Shown in pieces: positions 56,879 through 64,000 of a stretch of 64,000 nucleotides of DNA. Position numbers and translations under genes: made by a program. The DNA is taken from positions 806,001 to 870,000 of the forward strand of contig OX597829.1 of assembly GCA_951406725.2 (NCBI GenBank), written 5' to 3'. This DNA is from Octopus vulgaris (lineage: Eukaryota). The number at the start of each line of letters is the position of its first letter. The first letter of the stretch is position 1. The notes below the pieces were generated by a model that saw nothing but the letters and a program-made list of their open reading frames with translations, searched no databases and was not told where the DNA came from.

Positions 56879-57399
56879 CTTTGAAGAAACTCCCAGCGAT
56901 TCGTCATTTCTCTTTGACTTCACCTTATTAGAGACTTGTTTTTCATTTATGCTTTCCTTCAGTAAAACTTGACATTAGCCAGAAATCAAAGGGAAATTTA
57001 ATATGGTTATAAAAATACCCCAAATTAAGAGCTCTGTGTATATGTACAGTCAGTCTCACCCCATCTCTCTCTCTCTCTCCACCTTAGACAGATACATATT
57101 GACTATAATCCCGCCCTTTTGCTAAATGACGTTACAATATTAATAATTAAAAAAATTGTCAAAGGTGATTATATTACAAGGACAGTGCCACATCGGTAGA
57201 GCGAATGACAAGAAAAGAGTTTCAGTATTTAATTAGAACTCCTCATTAGCTTCACGGTGAAATCCCTATGGAATTGCCCCTGCCTTTCAATCGTCTCGAA
57301 TTGTCGATGCCATCGGTGTTAGCCAATTTAATTGGGCTGGTTATCACAAAAATATGTGTATGTATATTTGTATTTACTCATTTTTTTTGCACGTATGCC

Positions 57400-57820
57400 T
57401 ACGTATACATACACACACATATACATACATACATACATACATACATACATACATACACACATACATACATACATACATACATACATACATACATACATAC
57501 ATACATACATACATACATACACACACACATACATACATACATAAATACACACATACATACGTACGTACATACATACATACATACATACATACATGCATAC
57601 ATACATACATACGTACATAGATACACGCATACATACACACACATATACATACATACATACATGCATACATACATACATACATACAGGCATACATACATAC
57701 ATACATACATACATACATACATACATACATACATACATACATACATACATACATACATACATACATGTATATGTATATATGTATGTATTTATGTATTTAT
57801 GTATTTATGTATTTATGTAC

Positions 57821-57850
<30 letters not shown>
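57400..57850. repeat. (CATA)n array
   Basis: Direct reading. Confidence 0.95.
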
Positions 57851-57853
<3 letters not shown>

Positions 57854-57855
<2 letters not shown>

Positions 57856-58120
57856 GCGTGGCTGTGTAGTTAGAAGCTTGCTTCCCGGACACATAGTTCC
57901 CTGTTCAGTCCCACTGCGTGGCACCTTGGGCAAGTGTCTTCTACTATAGCCTCAGGCTGACCAAAGCCTTTATTACGAATAAATCCATCAAGTAATATGC
58001 GAATATAAACAAGAAGGGTAGTAATATTGGTTATCGGTAAACGTTTTTGATTTTCACTCTCGATAAATTCATCCCCTTTTTGTGTTCCCAGCACTCGGCA
58101 TCCTAATTTAGGAGCCCTTA

Positions 58121-58188
<68 letters not shown>

Positions 58189-58460
58189 TGTGTATGTATG
58201 TGCGCGCGTGTGTGTGTATGTGTCTGTGTATGTTTGCATGTCTTTGTGTCGCTGTCTGTGCCCCACCACTGCTTGAAAACCGGTGTTAGTTTGTTTATGT
58301 TAGTGTCAGCTTCTAGTTCGGCAAAAAGAGGCGGATAGAATAAGTTTCAGGCTTTAAAAATAAAATAAGTCCTGGGGTTCGATTCATTTGAAAGAAAACT
58401 TTTCTTGATGGTGGACCAGCATGGACATAGTCTTATGACTGGCTCAAATAACAGATAAAT
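57854..58460 (+). mobile_element. Family B SINE head (57854-57971) and diverged tail (58240-58460)
   Basis: GGCACCTTGGGCAAGTGTCTTCTACTATAGCC. Confidence 0.75.
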
Positions 58461-59221
58461 GATTAAATAAATAAATAAAGAGTAGCGAGTAGTGACGAAA
58501 GGTCTTTGACTAACAAACAATCGATTCCTTGTTTAACAATCACTAAAAACAAGCAATCGACTAGTAGGCTAGATATTTAAACAATTCACTAATAATAAAG
58601 AAGTGGTGTTGATCCAATGTATGTGAGTTATTACCCTTCCATAACACAAGATTTGTTTCAACACACGAATTCAAATCAAGAATCCAGCGAACCAAATACA
58701 AAAATTATATACAAATCCACAATTTTTCAGTTAGAGGGCTCGCACTTTCTATGATCATTCAAAACCGGCCAAGGTCGTGCATATCTTTACAAGTTGCCGG
58801 GTCATAGTGCTAGTTACAATATAAATAAATAATTGAAAGGGTCTTTGGACTATCTGGCGAACGTGGTAAGCTGACGCAGAGGCAAAATGGAAAGTCGTAA
58901 GAGACCGCGCGGGAGGACAGACGAAGGTGACCGGCTTGGAACCCAACTGGTCGAAAGAGGACGACAATGCCTTGGCCCGGACGGCGATCACATGATAGGA
59001 GAGGGAAAGAGTTGAAGAGGACAGACGGATTAACAAATAAGAGGGAAGAGAGGAAAGAGGGACTGAAGAATAGGAGAATGGGGAAAATCAGAGGGACTAA
59101 AGAATGAGAGGGAAGGGAAGACAGAGGGTACGATGGGTAATCTGTCGTCATTTTATATTTTATATTTTTATTACACGCATGTGCATTTTTTGTTTTTGAT
59201 TTTGTCGATTACACAGTATAG

Positions 59222-60041
59222 TAGGGTCAGTTGGGCACTGTAGTGCCCAAAAAACAGCACCATGAAAAAACAGCACCATGAAAAAACAGCACCATGACGC
59301 AATTCACTCTGCCAGAAATTTGGAAATGACATGCTTTACTGCTTGGCATTCGTGCCGGAAGCTCTTATACGGGTATTTCATAGTGTTTTGGTGTCAATCT
59401 GAGGACATGTACCGAGATTGATAAAAATCCAGTCCCTAACCCTAACCCAACATCATCGTGTTTGGAGTAATCACTAGTGATGGCAACGTTATGCCTCCAT
59501 TCATCTTCCTACATGGCCTCAGACTCAACACGGATGCTTACATTAAGTGCCTGGAAGATGTAGTTCTGCCCTGAGTCAAGAGGGATTGGCTGCTGGAAGA
59601 CCCTATGTCTAGCAACAGGACTCTGCACGATGTCACACAAGCAGGAGAGCCCGGTCATGGCTGTCAGACAATTTCTGTGACCACTTCACCCCTAGGTTCT
59701 GGCCACTTAACTCTCCTGACGGCAATTCCATTGATTATTTTGTGTGAGGCGCAGTTGAGCGAGAGACCAACAGAACTCTTTGTAACACCAAAGATGAAGT
59801 GAAGGCCAGGATTATGGCAGTATTCACCATCTGAAACAAGGAGACCGCCTAGGAGAGTTGCAGGAGATTTCAATGTCGTCTGCGGGCCGTGGTTGAAGCC
59901 AATGGCGATTTTATTGAATAAATATACTCTTTAGTATTTCAAGATATTTTGGAATAATTTTGGTAAATATATCTGTTAAAATGAGATGTCAATGTTATTT
60001 TCATTTTTGAGTAATTTAGACGACAGTTTATTCACCGCATA
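59222..60041 (+). mobile_element. Internally deleted DD37D (maT-type) transposon fossil
   Basis: IIVFGVITSDGNVMPPFIF..QQD-37 aa-D(YFV), WPLNSPD, EANGDFIE*; stops; 16-bp tandem x3 at the 5' end; ends approximate. Confidence 0.85.
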
Positions 60042-60044
60042 CAA

Positions 60045-60118
<74 letters not shown>

Positions 60119-60381
60119 GTATGTATGTAAATATATATGTGTGTGTTTATATGATATATATATATACGTTAATTATATATGAATATATGAATAGATATGC
60201 ACATATGTATACATATACATATAACTATACGTACACGCATGTATATATATACGAACACTTATATGTACATGCATTTATGCATACATATAAACGTACATAC
60301 ATATACACCTACATACATATATACATACGTACGTACCTACATACATATGTATGTAGGTACGTATTATTCGCACATAGATAT

Positions 60382-60460
60382 CTTATTGACCAATTCAAGA
60401 GTTCACTGCGTATATTTTGATTTCTCTAAAGACTTTGGTAAACTCGTCCATGAGTCGTTT
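60382..60460 (+). mobile_element. Tiny CR1-type RT remnant
   Basis: VHCVYFDFSKDFGKLVH resembles YLDFSKAFDKVPH. Confidence 0.45.
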
Positions 60461-60612
60461 AATGCGACAAACTGCAACAAGTCGTCGACACGACAGCCAG
60501 ATTCAACACTGGACTATCTGATTTCCTTAGAAGAGGGTGGTGGTGGTGATGGTGGTCGTGGTGGTGGTGGTGGTGGTGGTGGTGGTGGTTGTCGTTGTGG
60601 CAGTGGTCGTGG

Positions 60613-60833
60613 TGGCAGAAACGTTAGCACACCGGGCGAAATGCTTAGCGATATTTCGTCTGCCGTTACGCTGTGAGTTCAAATTCCGCTGAGGTCGACT
60701 TTACCTTTCATCCTTTCGGGGTCGATAAATTAAGTACCATTTACGCACTGGGGTCAATCTAATCGACTTAATCTCTTTGTCTGTCCTTGTTTGTCCTCTC
60801 TGTGTTTAGCCCCTTGTGGGTAGTAAAGAAATA
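60613..60833 (+). mobile_element. SINE family A, 5' clipped, with TSD
   Basis: GGCAGTGGTCGTGG before and GGTAGTGGTCGTGG after. Confidence 0.9.
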
Positions 60834-61268
60834 GGTAGTGGTCGTGGTGGTGATGGTTGTCGTATTGACGTTGGTGGTGTCTTGCCCCAACGGTACTCTT
60901 CTTATCTAGGAAGTGTCTGTATTTATACGTTGAGTACGACAAAGTACTGATTTTTGTTTTGGAGTTGCTATTCAGTTGCTCAGTCATATGTTGGGGGCAG
61001 ATGTAGATATATTTATCCGTAGTAAGTAGTTAATGGAGCTTTGCTAAAGTAATTGAGGGAAATCAAATAAATAAAATGGAGGAAAATGTACATTCGTGAA
61101 AGCGTTAAATACCATATGTATCCAAGGTATTCAACAAGTTGCCCTTGAAAACCGGAACATTTTATGCTCTTTGCTATAAGAAAAAACATCAAAGAAACAT
61201 TTTACGTTTTCCCGTACAAGCTTCATTCTATTCCTGACCTTATTGAAACATGAGATTTGCCGATAAAT

Positions 61269-61422
61269 TCTTCCTCTTCTTCTTCTTCTTCTTCTTCTTC
61301 TTCTTCTTCTTCTTCTTCTTCTTCTTCTTCTTCTTCTTCTTCTTCTTCTTCTTCTTCTTCTTCTTCTTCTTCTTCTTCTTCTCTCCCCCTTCTTCTTCTT
61401 ATTCTTCTTATTCTTCTTCTTC
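61269..61422. repeat. (TTC)n
   Basis: Direct reading. Confidence 0.97.
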
Positions 61423-62278
61423 ATCTCTCTCCCTCCCTTTCTCTCTCGTGTTCTGCGAGTACATCCAGTACATTTTCAATTGTTTTGCGTGGCTCTTCAG
61501 TGTCTGTCTCCAAAGAACAACTCTGTGCAAGAAGTCGAAATGTGGCACCGATTCACTCCGAGCCAACAAAGGAACGTATGACAAGCCAGAAATAGCATCT
61601 GAATCTCCCTCAAATCGCATCTGAAAAATGTTAAGGCATTTTCAATAATATTGACGTGTTTACAGTATCTGAATAAAATACAAATTGGAAGGCCTTGTAT
61701 AATGAGTTTTTTCTTGATCATTGCCTAAATTTGGTGTTAATTAAAATCTAACACTAAAAATCACATATCTTATACAGATAACAATAATACCCACAAGACT
61801 TTAATCTAATCTGGATTTATAATAACCCATGACTAATCCACCCAGTTGAGCAGCCTTTACAGATATAAATGTTTGAGAACGTTTTTAATCACTACATTTC
61901 TACCCTCTGAAATAGTTCTGGTTATTAAATTGGCGGTTCTTGGGAAGCTGAAATGTAAAGTAAGTATTGTCTCGATTCCTAAGACTCGTATGTTAGGTTA
62001 CACATTTTCCATGGCTTATAAGTGACTGAGATCACATCTCCTCTGATCGTGACGCCGATCGATTGCAGGGTAAATGATCATGCACAGTTGAGTGGATGAA
62101 GCATCGTGACGTGAAGTGTTTTGTTAAAAAAGAAATATGCCAACCTGATCCGAGGATCGAAACCACAATAGCAAAATCGTGAACGCAAACACCCTATGCG
62201 CTAGGCCAAATGCCTTTTCAGGTAACATCTTATTGCAAAATATAAAGAATAGTCTAAAAGAACGACGTAAGTAATATG

Positions 62279-62507
62279 TTTCTTTATTACCCACAAGGGG
62301 CTAAACAGAGAGGGGACAAGCAAGGACAGAGAAACGGATTAAGTCGATTACATCGACCCCAGTGCGTAACTGGTACTTAATTTATCGACCCCGAAAGGAT
62401 GAAAGGCAAAGTCGACCTTGGCGGAATTTGAACTCAGAACGTAACGGCAGACGAAATACGGCTACGCATTTCGCCCGGCGTGCTAACGGTTCTGCCAGCT
62501 CGCCACC
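62279..62507 (-). mobile_element. SINE family A, full length
   Basis: Near consensus; flanking direct repeat ACGTAAGTAAT (62265-62275 and 62513-62523). Confidence 0.92.
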
Positions 62508-62998
62508 TTATTACGTAAGTAATCGTGTGAAGCCGTAGGTGATGGTTGTGCAAGATTCTTCTTGTAGAGAAGAAACAGAGTAAGTTTGTGCAGAGATTTC
62601 TCATGTCCCATTTGACTGGAAGCGCAACAAATCAGTGATCCGTTAAAACGATAGAGAGAGCGGTCTTTCAACATGGATATGCCTCGCGTTTTTTGAATGA
62701 AAAGACAAAACTAAGAGCAAAACCCAAACCCACAGACAATATTGAAGGAAAACAATTGCTGCATAGGTAAAGCAAGCTATGTGTGTGGTGGGAAGGTTGC
62801 ACAGAAAAGAGAGAGCATAAAATGTGCTACAGAATGTGCCAAAAGGCCCCGTAAAATAATAGCTGGTAAGATAAAAGTATCTAGTCACTACTGGGTGGAG
62901 CACTGTTATTGAAAAGTATCTAAATCGTTAACTCCAGGCAACAGCTGCTGAAAAGTGAGATGTGATTCACAATGGAAGCGCTATGCAGTATCATATAT

Positions 62999-63061
<63 letters not shown>

Positions 63062-63385
63062 GTTTTCGTCAACTGATATTATGTAGAAGGTATGTACTAT
63101 GAGTGTTCTGTTTGGTTTACAACTAAAACTCTGAATTGAACTGCAACTGAACACGTGATGCTAAGACTGCCTTTCAGAGGCGGCTATAGGTAGTTTTTCC
63201 TTGAGCTAGTGGATATAGATAAAAGTAAAAAGGAAAAGGCAAACTATTTGACATCACTTGAAAAAAAACATTTAATTTAGATAGAAAATATAGATATGCA
63301 GAGTTTCTTATAGCTGCTTCAAGAATAGTCAAGCGTGCAGACAATCATATTGAGGAAGGATTCCATTCGCTGAGTATACCATCAT

Positions 63386-63431
<46 letters not shown>

Positions 63432-64000
63432 AGAGATGTAAAATCGAGGGTAAGTTTGTAATCGAGGATATTAGTGTATTCCCGTTATATATAATATATA
63501 TATAATAACAAAGGGTAAAATTAATAAATAAAGAAGTAATCAGTAATTTCACCAAGTAGAATTCGGCATGAAAAAGGACCATTTCACGGTAAACTTAAGT
63601 AATACTTTATAATAAGGGTTCAGCAAAGATTTGCTTTACCACATCCCGAAGTTTAGAAATAGCAGCCAAAAAACCTTAGCTATTTCTTTTACTTTAAAAA
63701 GGGACTCCCAGAAAAACACAATACTTGAAAACAATCCATGCAGGCAGAGAGGAAAATTAACGAAAATCAATCTATATCTGATCACCCATGTACACGTTTC
63801 GGAATTAGATCGGTATAAAGAATCTAGAATTATTCTTTACCCGACCATTTTCTTCATCAGCATGGGACTTCAACAATATTAAATATTAAAAATATTAAAT
63901 TCGAAGGCACTGGAAGAATTGAACATATCTCTCCACCGAACGGTATTAGACAGATCATATTCGGTGTTCGCACCGCCGAATTCAAAATATGAATGAGGTT

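Noticed and set aside
59249-59296. CRISPR-like direct repeats
   Set aside because: Spacerless 16-bp tandem inside a eukaryotic transposon; no cas genes
61440-61625. Possible coding exon or hammerhead
   Set aside because: No recognisable domain or convincing splice pair; the CTGAAGA has no stem II

Overview
AT-rich, microsatellite-saturated animal genomic DNA. The SINE families resemble those of Octopus/coleoid cephalopods (recalled similarity, not checked by search). No host protein-coding gene can be supported; nearly all long ORFs are translated microsatellites. Contents: a 5'-truncated CR1-group LINE with an open RT frame, Tx1/L1-like, R4/Dong-like, RTE and Penelope-like fragments, a full-length Tc1, two mariner fossils, a DD37D (maT) fossil, Helitrons, a hAT MITE and at least four tRNA-derived SINE families. 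The main unexpected signal is about a dozen type I hammerhead-ribozyme (HHR) folds from several unrelated short elements lodged in TA-rich microsatellites, often as inverted pairs. They include canonical cores, a G3-C8 core-swap variant and a 4-copy family with a non-canonical CUGUNGAA core. Other signals: two SINE-LINE 3'-tail partnerships visible in the window, telomeric-repeat insertions inside TEs, and a candidate 16-nt ATG-terminal microexon. All folds and alignments were made by eye and no activity is demonstrated.
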